Assembly (NCBI GenBank): GCA_021432655.1
Contig: MU271284.1
Span: 1-64,000, forward strand
Length of the DNA: 64,000 bases
Reading direction: 5' to 3'
Source of the DNA: Atractiella rhizophila
Lineage: Eukaryota
Shown here: in pieces, positions 24,382 through 37,100 of the stretch
How positions within the stretch are numbered: position 1 is the stretch's first letter
Layout: each line of letters begins with the position of its first letter
The notes under the pieces: generated by a model
Database searches by the model: none
What the model saw: the letters and a program-made list of their open reading frames with translations, nothing else
What the model was told of the DNA's origin: nothing
Made by a program: the position numbers and the translations under genes

Positions 24382-26727
24382 ATGTCCTCCTCCAACACAT
24401 TCTCCCAACGATACTCCACCCTAATCACCTTACGCAAGCGACTCATCTCCTGCCTCCAGACCAAATACGCATCTTCTTATCTCGACCAGTTGGACCTTTC
24501 CGATTTAGGAGTGCTGGCAGATGTGATTTCCTCAAGTGATGGTAATCCATGTTTTCATACCCTTCGATGCCCACACTCTAGGTGCTGATGATCTTGATGA
24601 GGAGACAGATGTGGAGCTGTCAACCTCGGAAGAGAGGATGTTCGAGGTTTTCCAAAGGAGCGTGATTGAAGCAGAGAGGGACTTTAAGGTCGTCAAAACG
24701 CTAAGTACGACCAATTTCAGCTCTGTACGACTTTCCTCCCACGTTGCTCGTTTCCGTGTGGTGGAAGCGATAATGGTTCTGACTGGCTTGTATGCAGATC
24801 AAGCTCGTTACGCCTCGAGGGGTTCCAGCAAACGGTGGAAAGAAGAAGAAATACATCCTGAAGAGCTGTCGGAAACAATTCGCGTACAAATTACGCCATG
24901 TCCGTCTTCCTTTCATTTTCCCTCTCATTTCTAGTCTAAGCTTGCTAAATGAGCAGCAAAACTCTCTTTGGAACGAACGTTCACTCCTCTCCTCCTTGAC
25001 CTCATACAGTGCGTATATACCCACTCTGTATGCTTCGCTCCAATCGCCGACCTCCCTTCACTTCATTATGGAATACATCCCTGGAGGAGACTTGGAAACC
25101 CTCTTGAACGCGTGCGCTGAGGGAGTTGGAATTGAAGAGGACTGGGTCAGGTTTTGGGTTGGAGAGCTTGTAGAGGTGTTGGGATGGTTGCATGAGAGGT
25201 CATGGGTGCATCGGTCCGTCCGTCCTTCTCACTCTCCGGACTCTCGATATTTAATTCTGCCTGTGATCAATTGTTGAATTAGAGATATCAAACCCTCAAA
25301 TATCCTCTTGTCATCCTCCTCGCACATTTTTCTCACTGACTTCGGCTCCTCCGCTCCACTCCTCCAGGAAGGCAAAGTACCGAGAGAGGCGTGCATTGTC
25401 CCTATTGGAACGTGCGACTATATCGCACCAGAGATTCTCAAGTGGCATGAAGTAGTGGTTTCTGGCGAGGAGGCGGATGAAGAAGAAAGCGAGATCGGTG
25501 GATATGGTGCGGAGGTCGATTGGTGGAGCACTGGGGTAATGGCATATGAGGCATGCTTCTTTCTTCTTGTTCGATCCATGGTTGGACGGAATACTCACGA
25601 CGGACTATCGGAAAGATAGCTCCTAACTACCCAAACGCCTTTCTTCCATGACTCTGTAAATGAGACTTATAGAATGATAACGGCGCACAAGAATGTAAGT
25701 CTTTCCATATTCTTTCTAGCTTCGAATAGGAGAACTAACAATAGTGCTCAGAACGACATCTCATTTCCAGAAACGAGCAAAGGTCGAATCTCCCCCATCT
25801 CACGCTCATTTGTCAATGGGTCAGTTCCCATTCCTCCTCTAATGTTTCTCCCTTTTAAATGTCGATTGACGCGAATAATGACCTAGATTACTTAAGGATC
25901 ATCCGCGCCGACTCTCCTACTCAAGGATCAAGAACCACCCTTTCCTCGCAGGAGTTCCCTGGGGTTCCATCCATCCCGTACCTTCAGGCACCCCGATCTC
26001 TCACCCTCCTCCTCTAGAGCCATCCTTTTCCGTCTCTCCGTCCATCATGATGTCGACCGCCAAAAAGCCTTTCGGGTTTGGGTTCGGTTCCTCAAATTTC
26101 GACTTCACCTCCTTCTTGTCCTCCCCCGGAATGTCCGTCTTGCGTCCCAGAGATGAAGATGCAGATGCAGATGGGAGCATGGAGCAGAAGAAGAGGGAAC
26201 TGATTGAGCAGGAGAGGGATTTTTGGACAGGCTTTACGTGGTACGGAGAAGGGTTTGGATGGATGGATGGTCCCTCCCAAGATTCGGAAGCAGACGGTGA
26301 AGAGGACGATGAAGATGAAGATGAAGTGGACGAAAATCTTCAGCGTTTCATCACCCCTGCGAAACCATCCAGAAGGGGAGGAGCAGGAGGGAGAGAAGCA
26401 ACTCAGAGTCATAGTTCGAGGAAGGTGAGGGGGATAAGTGAGATGGAGGCGTGGAAAGAAATGACGGAGATTGCTTGGGAGATCGGAATGACCGCTAAAA
26501 AGAAGAAATGGGAGGGGAGAAGGGGAGGAGAAAGCGGAAATGTCAAAACTCCTAGCAGGCTGAGAGAAGTTCATCAGACTGATGATGATTCGCAAGAGGA
26601 GGAGACGATTGTTGCAGGAGATACGTTGACACAATTAGAGAAACGTCACGAGAAGATTCTGGAGGATGTCGAAGAGATAGAAAGGAAATACAAGCGGCTA
26701 TTCGAAATGGTGGATAAGCCACGTTGA
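24382..26727 (+). CDS. AGC-group Ser/Thr kinase (DMPK/MRCK-like catalytic core)
   Basis: YILK, LHFIMEYIPGGDL, WVHR|DIKPSNILL, LTDFGS, GTCDYIAPEIL, DWWSTGVMAYE, IKNHPF and an FTW hydrophobic-motif-like segment. Acidic and coiled-coil tail. Confidence 0.85.
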
Positions 26728-26871
26728 TGCTGCGCGGAGTCAATAACAGTTTACATAACCCATTGCATTTTGTACATATTATCACATCCAGCAGACCAAG
26801 CAGATTCAGCTCTTACAGAATATTCCCACAATGAACGCGCAAATCGATTAGAGTTGATAGATACTCAGCTC

Positions 26872-29800
26872 TCACGAGGTATTCATGTTATTACCATCCA
26901 CCTGTGGAGAAGTCACTTGCTCAACAGGCACATCTACTTGTTGACTTCCTCCTTCTCCGATGCTTGTTCCACTGGAACCTTCAGGCACGAACGAATAGGC
27001 GCCATCCTCGGGTCTTGGGACCGGTGAGAGAAATGCTTGAGGCAGATACGCCGCCCATTCTTCAGTCAGATATCCACCAAGTGGGAGACCGAAAAAAGCA
27101 GAGTTTTGATCGAAGGGTTGAGATGCAAACGCATTTGCGCCACCGACCGGGGAGCTCGCTGAGAAGTTGTTTAAAAGCTCAGAGAAGGATGGTGATGGTG
27201 CTGCGACTCCCCTCCCATAGGTGGATGGATCGCCGTTCTTCACTGCGGCAGAATCGATGCCTAGAATCTCAAACGTCTGAGGCGTCACCGCGCCGGTGCC
27301 ACTTGCCGTCCTAATTTGATGTGCTCGGAATCCTTCAGCAGCTGGCGCAGCTTGACGTTGTTGCATCATGGGAGGAGGCATCATTGTTGAAGGAAGAGAA
27401 ACATCGTAGGTGAAAGGGGAGTCAGGAAAGACGAAACCACCGTTTTGAGGCCTGCTGTCGTTCGACCCAGAACGGAAGTGACCTGCGGGATTCTGACTTG
27501 ACCGCGAGGCTCGACGACGAGAGGTCGAGTTGCTTCGTCGAGGTCCCGGTCGAGTATGGAAGGTGGTCTGGCGAGCGAAATCTCCGTCACCCATGGCGGT
27601 TTCATCTTCAGCACCGCGCTTCGTCCCTCGACTTTCGCCTGGTCGCGCTTTGCCATCCCATGTATCTCGCATATCAACGAGGCCAGAAAGAAGTTCCCAA
27701 GCCCGGATAGCACTTCCCCAAGTCAACTACAACGTCATGTCAGTACTTGTCTGCAGTTCGAGATTGAAAATTCACCTCCATCGCTTTCAAAGCGTCCATA
27801 CACTTCTGGAGATTGACCTTGGCCGTGCTTGCAAGTGCAGGATCATAAGTCGTGTTGTAGACATGCATGATGGCTGCTGTGAAGATGGGGTATGTCATGA
27901 AAGGAGGACATTGTCGGAGCGTGAAAGTTTTCTGAAAAATGGAGACAATGCTGAAGTCATGTGTTAGTATTTGCAAGAATTTGGAGAGGCGATCGACTCA
28001 CTTGCTGATCGCATTAGCAGAAGTCGTACAGATGGAATGGCTAGGCAAAGCAGTAGTCGGACCTTTGTGCGGCACCGTTTGGCCTGGAATGAAAGGACGA
28101 TGCAGGAGTATAAGGGAGCAATAGAACTGAGCGTGCAGGCAGAGAACTGTGAAAATCACGTTGATTCAACGAGTTCATGCATAATCGTGAAAGACGAACC
28201 ATGGGGCGGTGGTACCTTTTTGCTTGTAGGGTTGAAGCTAAGATGCGGCGGAAGGTTAAGGAACCAATTGGCGAGGTTCTGGTCGAAGAAGCTCAACAAG
28301 TTAGCACTACTTTGTCCAAGAACCCTGGTCCTGATCGCATAGATGTTAACGATGATCCTGCTGACGAGGGTTGCAAGCTGCCCGGATGCATTAAAGCAGG
28401 AGATAGAATGCGATTTAGTGGGTGGATAAGGAGCTCGAGGCTTTGCGTCCTCTTCATACCCCGGATCTCGCTTTGGCGGATCGTCCCAATCCGTGCCATC
28501 AGGACGGAGGGGACGCCATTGCTCATGCTCATCTGGCTCGTCTTCATTTGGCAAAGCAGTATCGTAATCTCTCTCAAAGATAGCCATGGGTCGTCCTGTT
28601 ACACCATTCAATCATCGTCAGTCAGCAATAGCCAGTACAAATGCAGAGGTAGAACTTAAGGAAGAAAGACAGACCAATGTATGTGGCGACATATTTATCG
28701 AGAATGAGACAAGCCCACCATACCCTCTTCCTCGTCTGTTTCTCCTCATACGAGAACTTATTGACAGGCATGAACCACTTATCGACGTCTCTGAACAGTC
28801 CAAGGTCTTGACTCATCCTCACCGCCATCCCCACGTAAAGCCAGCTCTCACTCATCGCACCGATCCCGATCTGCCTATAGGCCAATAGGAGCAATGCTTG
28901 GACAGTGACTAGTTTCGTAGAGCCATATTCTTGGTTCAAGATCCTTTTGGCGGCGTTGTAATATTCCTCTCCAGCGGTCCAATATTTGCCGTCCTTCCTG
29001 GGTGCATCCGAATCTGAATACCGACTAGCAAGGGCAAATATGCAGAGGAGGAGCAAGGTGGGAATTTTGCCAATGTTGCTGGGGGTAGCCCCACCGCTTT
29101 GAGAGGTCGCCCAAGCTCGATATTGCCGTAGGATGTGTGGTTTGTAAAGGAGAGGATAATGTGGATGGACGTAAGTCATGTAAAGATCCAGAAGGTGGTC
29201 TTGAGTTGGTCGATCGGGCAAACAATCCGTCGCTTGCGCTTCCACAAGGATCTCCTCTTCAGTTTTCACAACTTTTCCTTCTGAAGGAGGCCAGAAACCC
29301 GTGGATGGGAACTGCCTGTTATGACATCGAGCCATCAATGTTAGCGCTAGACACAAGGGAACGAAGATGAGAAAGAGACGCATACCAGAAGAAATCCCTA
29401 TACCTCGAGCTCTTCGAGATCAAATACAACCCCGAACTCCTCCCATGATACCTCACCTCCGCATTCTCATTCAAACTCAACTGTCCAACCACATCACTCA
29501 GCTCGTTCATCACAACCATCCCGCTCTCATCCGGATCTCCAGCGGCAGCAGCAGCATCCATGGCGGCCTTGGAGAGTGAATAGCTAGCCGATCCCGTGTG
29601 CGGAATGCTCCCTGGTGCATCTGGGTTCGGTTGGGGACCGAAGAGCACTGTCCGACTGAGAGCAGGAGAGGACTGGGGATGCGTTGGATGCGAATGAGGA
29701 AGAGAATTATTGTTGGCTACAAAGGGAGAGGTCATCGTCAGATTGGGGGAGCCACCAGGGCCGTTCGTATTGAGCCTCCTCTTTTGGCGTGCTACAGGTA

Positions 29801-31297
29801 TCGACGATCAAAGACTGGGCAGACCAAAGAGGAGGGACAGGGACACACCGTTTCCACTGTCGTTGCTAGCTGGACTCCCTCCCTCGCCTACCATACTCTG
29901 CATACCAGTCAAGGCAGGATTAATTCCCAAGTCCATCTCCATTCCTCCACCGCCTCCCTGCTCCGGACTACTCCCAGCGAAAGCTCCGTTCGCCCATTGC
30001 CCACCCTGCATCCCGCCAACGAACCCCAGCGAGTTCACGCTCCCGTTCAACGTGCCGCCGATCCCAGCGCTGATCCCAGTCGTCCACTCCGGGTTCACAC
30101 CTACCGAAGGGTCCCAACCATGCTGCATCCCGGTGTTCGAGAGGTGCGAGCCCGAGTGAGGATGAGGATGGGAGGGTGGCTGGGGATACGGGAACAAGTT
30201 GGGGTCCCCACCACCAATCGGAGTCGAACCCACGAGCGCTTCCGTCTTGAAAGTCGAAAAGGATGGGGCAACAGAAGGCTTCCTCCTCTTCCCATTGCTT
30301 CCTTCCCCCAAGGTCTCCGGGATGGGAGATGGAGCGGGCTTCCAGCTTTTCCTTGCGCGCTTGGACGTCGTGGCCGTCTTGAGGTCTCGGGCTAAGATGT
30401 CGCGCGCCTCGTCATCTCCTATAGACACACAGCGTCAATCATATGGTCTATTCGAAGTTCAAGTAAGGTGAAACGGCGGAAGGAGAACATTTGTGATAGC
30501 ATTAGAAGGAGGGAGAGCAGGGTACGAACCGATCAATTCACCCAATAAAGCCTGTGCTCGAGGGTCGTCATTCTGCAACAAACCTCCCAATAAGGCTTCC
30601 ATACGATGCAATCGACTCTCGATCGCCTCAATGTATCTAACCCAGGCGCAATCAGGAGCAGCCCAGCTTGACGAAGCAGAGACATACCCTTTCGGTGGGC
30701 CACTGTGACATCAAATTCGAATGCGAGTCAATACAAAGCTCGGGTGGTGCAGGGTGGTGCATGGAAGGGGCGCTGGGGGAAGGACGCACCGTTTACGACT
30801 CGCTCCCAAAAACGTGCATTCCGTACCCACTGCCATGCAGTTCTGGCAGGCTCCAACGGGCAACTTGGTCTCGGGGTCGATGTCGCGAGTGCATTTGCAC
30901 CTACACAGCTCGTTGTTAATGGGTGAGAGGGGATTGATGGAAGAAGTACGTACTTAGATTTTCGACAACTTTGAGCTCTCTTATCAGCTCTCGATACAAA
31001 GAAACAGTAGAATAACGTACTTATCGCCTACATCCAAAGAAAAAGAAAGAGAAATGGTCAACCTCCTTGCGCAGACCTATCATGCATGTCAGAAGGAAAG
31101 TACGCACAAGCCTTACTGCTCCTCCTTCTGACAGCCTTCTTTTTCGCGTCTGCGCTCTCCGCCGCACCTGAGCCTCCATGACCTCCTTGCCCTCCAGCAA
31201 TCTTTCCGATACCAGTGATATCGCTCTCCTCTTCCGATGCCGACTCAGAATCGGCGTTGAGTGTAATTTGGGATACTGAGACGTTAGGTTTGGCCAT
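26872..31297 (-). CDS. Zn(II)2Cys6 transcription factor with a Fungal_trans (middle homology) domain
   Basis: Spliced RRRSSKAC-DN-CRKSKCKC...CQNC...CTF...KRGPPKGYIEAIE. Middle region YHGRSSGLYL, VQALLLL, GMAVRMSQDLGLFR and RKRVWWACLILDK...GRP. Confidence 0.92.
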
Positions 31298-31543
31298 AGC
31301 AGGCTGCAAAATAGATGAGCAGCTTAGGCTGTTTTCAAAGCGAAGTGTTCGTTGAGGTGGGGTTGAAGCTGGGGCAGAAAAGCAACCGGTGTTTTGTGCG
31401 TTCCGCGTTCCAAGATCATCCGATCATCGGAATCAATTCATTCTCTCAATTCATTAGCAATATTGTTTCATTTCAAATAGTAACCTCCGAAGGAGGAAAG
31501 TGCGGCACTCTATTCTGCTAACATTGTGGTCGCGGTTTCAGGT

Positions 31544-33875
31544 ATGGCGGAATTTCCACTGCCAGAGAGGGAATACGAAAGCTGGACATGTAAAGGTGCG
31601 TCGTGTAACCTGATCGGCGGCTGGGCTGACTTAACATACGCGTAGAGATATATGGTCCATCCTTTCTTGCTTCCAACAGAAGTCAGATTTCTAACTGTCT
31701 TCTTGGGCGTGTAATCAGAGTATTGGCTGCGAGGGGAGATTGACTTGGAGCCAGACTACCAACGAGAGAAAGTGTGGACTGATGGGAGGGAGCGTGACCT
31801 GAGTACATCTGCACCATCCTTTGACAGCTTGTTCTCGAAGATGTTCTCATGACTGACAACTGTTGATGGGAAAAGTCGATTCCATATTCAGAAACATTTT
31901 TATCCCCGCCATCGTCGTTTCCTGGAATTCTGAGAAGGGTTGTTGGACAATAATAGATGGTAAACAGCGTCTGTCTTCTGTCTTTGCGTCGGTACTCCCT
32001 CCTTCGAAGCTCAACTTTGCTCTAACGGTCTGTATCGTGATTGAATGCGCTGTAGGTTTTTCGAGGGAGAGATCTACTGGAAAAAGGACAAAAGCGCGAA
32101 GAAGTGGTACTATACTGAGCCGATTGAAGGATTGAGTAGTGGGAGCGCACTGCTAAGGGAACAAGAGAAGCCGATTTTTGATGAATATAAATTTCTTATC
32201 GGCAAGTTCTTGATCGATCTCCTCCTCCAATTGAATCTATGTGCTCGCTAATCAGCGCCATTTTCTTGGAACAGTGCGATATACCACGCTTAGCATCGAT
32301 CAGGAGCGCGTCATCTTTGACCGGGTGCAGAGAGGCTTAGTTCTCACAGGTGCATACGTGGTTTCTCTCTAGACTTTCACGAGCTTAAGAGGAGTGTACT
32401 GGGCGGCTGATGTATATGTGGGCAGGTGGCGAGAAAGCAGCCTCGGTTGGAGGACCATGGGGGGTATGGATCAACCAACTCTCGAAGAAGTACACCTTTT
32501 CAAGCAGCGAGAGCCCATATGGATGGGCCCCTCGGATTGCAAATTTAAAGTACGCCACTTCCACCTAGCTACCACCTGCACCCTATGCTGATACGCCAAC
32601 TGGAAACAGGCGTGGCAAACAATTCATCATCCTCGCCCAGATCGCTCTTCACGTCAAAGACGGATCCGTAGCCTCACATCAAGGAACAGAATCGATAAAG
32701 AAGCTCATATCAGAGCAGAAGGACGAGCCCGAACCGACATTTCGAATCAAGGTGGAACGGCTACTGAAAAAGATGGATCGATTGTTTCGTCTCCCACCTC
32801 CACAGAGAGACGCTGCGACCACATATGAAGATGGGTCGAGGACACTCAAAACACCTCATACTGTTTTCACAGAGAACAAGAAACTCGCTCCTGTAGAGAT
32901 TATCTGGATGGCATTCTTGATTCGTGGGTTGACTCCTCTTGTTCGACCGTGATTGATGGTCGAGCTAATGATTGCCGTCCTCTTAGAACACTTTGATACT
33001 ATGCAGGATGGCGAGCTTCTAGAGGTGATTGAGGGGATGAGGAGGGCTGTAAATGCAGCCCACCCCGGAAACGTGAAAAACAATAGTTTGTCGCTCTCTG
33101 CACTGGTCCAGTTATGATATGACCTTCGCGATAGGTACCGTTTCAGGCTATCTAAAGAAGTGGATATTGTAAATGCTCCTTAATTTTCAGCCTCGGCCTT
33201 CGGTGATGCATGCTAAATGACTGACCTTGTAGAACCTACAACACGAGCGCAATGACCTACAAATACCTCAACAACGGCAAATTCAACCCCGAACGCGGTA
33301 CGAAAGTTGGAAGCCGTCCTGCAGGAAACAATGAAGATACGGAAGAAGATGAGCTTGCAACATCGCCACAACTATCTCGAGCCCCTCTATCGACATCTAC
33401 CCCGACGCAGGTGAAAAAAGTTAACAACACCAGCATCGCACATCAAAATGGAGTGCCCACAAAAATGGTGAAGAAGATCAAATCATCCAGCACCCTCTCA
33501 AACTCCACTTCCAATCGGGTCTCAGACCCTGCCCCCAACACTTCTATAGCATCATCGAGCTCACAACCAAAACCCCGAACCTCCGATCCGTATCCCTCGA
33601 ATCCAGCACTGGCATCTCTTAGTAGTCGACCATCCGCATCGACGAAGATAGTCCGAACAGATCCACCAACTGTCGATAACCAGGACGAAGGCTTCCACAC
33701 CGTCCGACTGACAAAAGCTACAGCTCGCCCACCGAAGGGAATGGGACCCGGCAGTTCGAAGAGGAAGCGGATGAGAGAAAATGGATCAGAAGTGGATGAC
33801 ACTTCGGTATCGCTTCCGACGAAGAAGAGGAAAGATCTGAAGCTGGGACAAGCTCTGGATCTGGAATTTGATTGA
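31544..33875 (+). CDS. DUF262 (GmrS/ParB-like NTPase-fold) domain protein with a disordered basic C-terminus
   Basis: Spliced GEIDLEPDYQREKVW, LIDSIFRNIFIPAIVV, IIDGKQRLSS and ERVIFDRVQRGLVLT match the QR, DGxQR and FxRxN-like DUF262 motifs. About 10 introns. Confidence 0.78.
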
Positions 33876-34197
33876 AGCAGCCTTGTCCAGCAGGCTTTTG
33901 CTTTTCTACTACTCAGGGTCTCCTTGGAACTAAGGCATCTTTTACCTTGTTACTGCAGCATTTAGCGCATAATGCCATTGTTTTGTCAGTCAGGCAACGA
34001 TTCTTGTTGACGCAGTTGGTTTCTTCAGTTCAGGCTTCAGGCTTCAAGCTTCGTTACTTCTGTTCTCCGTGCATAATTTCAAAACACTGTCTGGGAACAA
34101 AACCTGGAAATGCAACTGCAATTACTAGTACTACAAAAGGCAGTCATGATACAATTACGATTGAGAATCCCCTCACATTCACATTGAATGGTTAAAA

Positions 34198-37100
34198 TTA
34201 TGCAGATGTGGACATAGCAGAAAAGATGTCGTCCCAGGCTTTCTGTAGCTTAGTTTCATCCTTGCACACCGTCTCCAACTCTCTACATATCTCATCTACG
34301 TCTGGGATACTTGCATGCCTCGCCCTGCTTCTGGAGATGAATAACCTGTTTTTGAGAAATAGGAAGCCCTCCCCGTCATTTAAAACAGCCACGGAAGCAC
34401 AGCCAGAACGGTGTAAGAATTGTGCGTGATGACAAGGATCCCTCCTATACGTGTATTTAACGTCGATCGTGGGAGAGAACACTGCATCCATTTCTATATC
34501 CAGAAGGTAGTCGAGATTCTTGAGTAGTTGGCGTTCAAAATATTGAAAGGATTGGACGGACGGTTGCAGCAGTTTTTCAAGGTTTGTCACTGCAGGAGGC
34601 GGAATCGCGAAAGAAATTCGGGTAGGTAACTCGAAGGGATTATCATCTCCTTCGAGCTGGCCAACATTTGTTTCGACGAGATTCAAGCCATACTGATCCG
34701 CCGTTCGCTGCCACATGTCGAGAGTTGGGGTTAAGAGAGACGCTGTAAGTCTAAGCCAGGAAAGTTCAAGATGAAATGCCGCAAGTGGGTTGTGAGATAT
34801 GTCGAGGTGGAGCCAGAGGATTTCGGACCGTTCAGAAGCTTGGAACTTATCTAGATCGAGAATGATAACTCGGCTCATAACGATTTGTCCTCGGTTTTCC
34901 GTGCGCATTGGGGAGGTTCGATTTTGAGCAGTAGGCGAGCTATCGCGGGAAGGAATCGCGTTGCTCTGTCTCTCCACATCTGCTTTTTGCGTATTACCGA
35001 ACCATCTGCCCGTGTTACGAGGAAGGAATTCTCGATAATCCCCCTTGATGTTGTAGAAGAACCAGCCGTCGAGGAGAACACGGGAACCTTTCGTAGCATG
35101 CTCAAACAAGCCTTGTCTACGGAGCTGATCACCTAGTTCGATGGCTTTCTCTCGGGTTGGAACATCTTCGAAAGTATTGACGAGCCATGTGACGAATTGG
35201 AAGCCGACAAACACATCCTGATGCTTTCTTCCCCACCAATTGCGATTTCGTAGTTCAACGCCAGAGACTGGATCGCACATGAGTTTGGCAAGCGTGTCTA
35301 CAAAACCTTTCAGCTTGAAAAGGAGTGATACCAGTGGCTACCGACCGAGGGGAGTCCCTTGCAATCTCCTAGCATTGGCGGGGTACTGTCTGTTGTCGTG
35401 ATGTCTGGCTTCTGAAAGAGCATAAATCGGGGGCTCGAGAGTCGTAAATTCGACAGAGATAGGATCATCGTCCAAATTCATTCCAGGAGCGCACCAACGA
35501 GCATCTTCAAAGAGAGAGAAAAGCTGAAACATCCCGGTGAGCCTGATATCCTCGTCAGTCGCGCTGGCATCCAGTTGAGTCCTCTGTTCAATTAATGCAG
35601 CTCTAGACTCTTCCGTGGGCTTCTTAGGAAGGAGAACACAACGCATCCGCCAGTACTTCATGGAGTCTCGCAGACTTGGGTGTTTCTCACCGCCAGATAG
35701 GATTGTGTCTAGGTATTCCCAATCCTCAGGTGAAATTAGAGAGGGATAAGCGAACCGGATCCTCGAATCTCTAAAGGTTTCCGTTGACGAAATAGCAAAA
35801 TTGTAGACATAATCCTCTGTAGCCCAAGTCCGCTTGCGGGTTAGGATGTCAACAGTCACAAATCGCGAATCGGTACTGTAGGATATTTTATGGATCTGAT
35901 TGCTCAGGCTGAGATAGACTGAGGTGGTCCTGCCCCGCTCAAGGTCATCGAGAATATCAGAAATTGTCTTGTATTTGTCAGATTCGGCGAATTCTGGGGC
36001 TCCTCGTCTACGATAGCGATAGGCCTTAGTAATAATTTGAAAGCCTTGAGAGCGATCAGCTTGGGAATGATATGGGACAGGGTGATACCTTGTGCTAATC
36101 GTTGGCACATCATCTCCATCACCAGAGCCCATGGTCGAGACTTCTTGATGGCTCGAGCTTTCAACATGAGTGAGGATGACCGCATCGAAACCTCATACTT
36201 TTCGGAAACATAGAAATATCTCTGCTCTTCTTGAGATGGAATGTAATCCGAAACGAGAGGGAGAGAGCTAAGTGACCCACGTCAAAAATCTTTACGGGGG
36301 TAGAAACGAAAACATACGCAGGTGTGGCGAGAGAGCGCCATTTGATGCTCCGTTGGTCTATGAAGCTTTTAGGAAAGACGTTTTGCCACCTCCGCTTATC
36401 TCTAGCTCGAGGACCTTCTGGTGTTTTAGAAGACTTCGAGGGGTTGAACGGGCGAGGGGGTTCAGGTGGTTCTGCTCGAGCGTGCATTAAATCAATGCCA
36501 GAGGCCCGAGAGCCGTGTTTTTTGGACACCTGAAGCTGTGACACACGTGGGTCTTCATCCTCTGGTTCAAGCTGGCGAATAAGTTCATCGGACATGGTGA
36601 CGGTGGTTGTGGCTTTCGCTTTGGTAGCAAAATTGAACTTCGGACCAGAGGAAGATTCAGATGTTACTCGAGGTTTAGACAATGTAGTCACGCCTTTGGA
36701 CGGAGCCATGAAACGGGATATGAGCAGAGGCGGTTTAGACGTAGTTGTTGCCTGTGATGAGTCCTTGATCGTCGTCGTGGTCCGTCCAGTCGTTGTGGTC
36801 GATGTGAAAGATCGGTTTGAGGCCACGGAAGTTGAGCGGGAAGCAGCACTGAGGGAGGGAGAAGTTGGATTAGAAATGGCTGCATCTTCCGCTTTCAGTC
36901 TCGCCACGGGAGTAGGCGACCTCCCCTTCTCACTATCCTTCTCCTTCGATCGTTCGGGAGCTTGCGAGAGCGTGGAGACAACGTCGGTACTCCTTCCCCG
37001 CGACACCGCTTCACCCTTCGGTTCCACTCTCGCAGGCGGCACGATCTGTTCAGGTGCCTTCAACTTCGGCCGCATAGCGTGAGTCGGGCCATCGAAGGAA

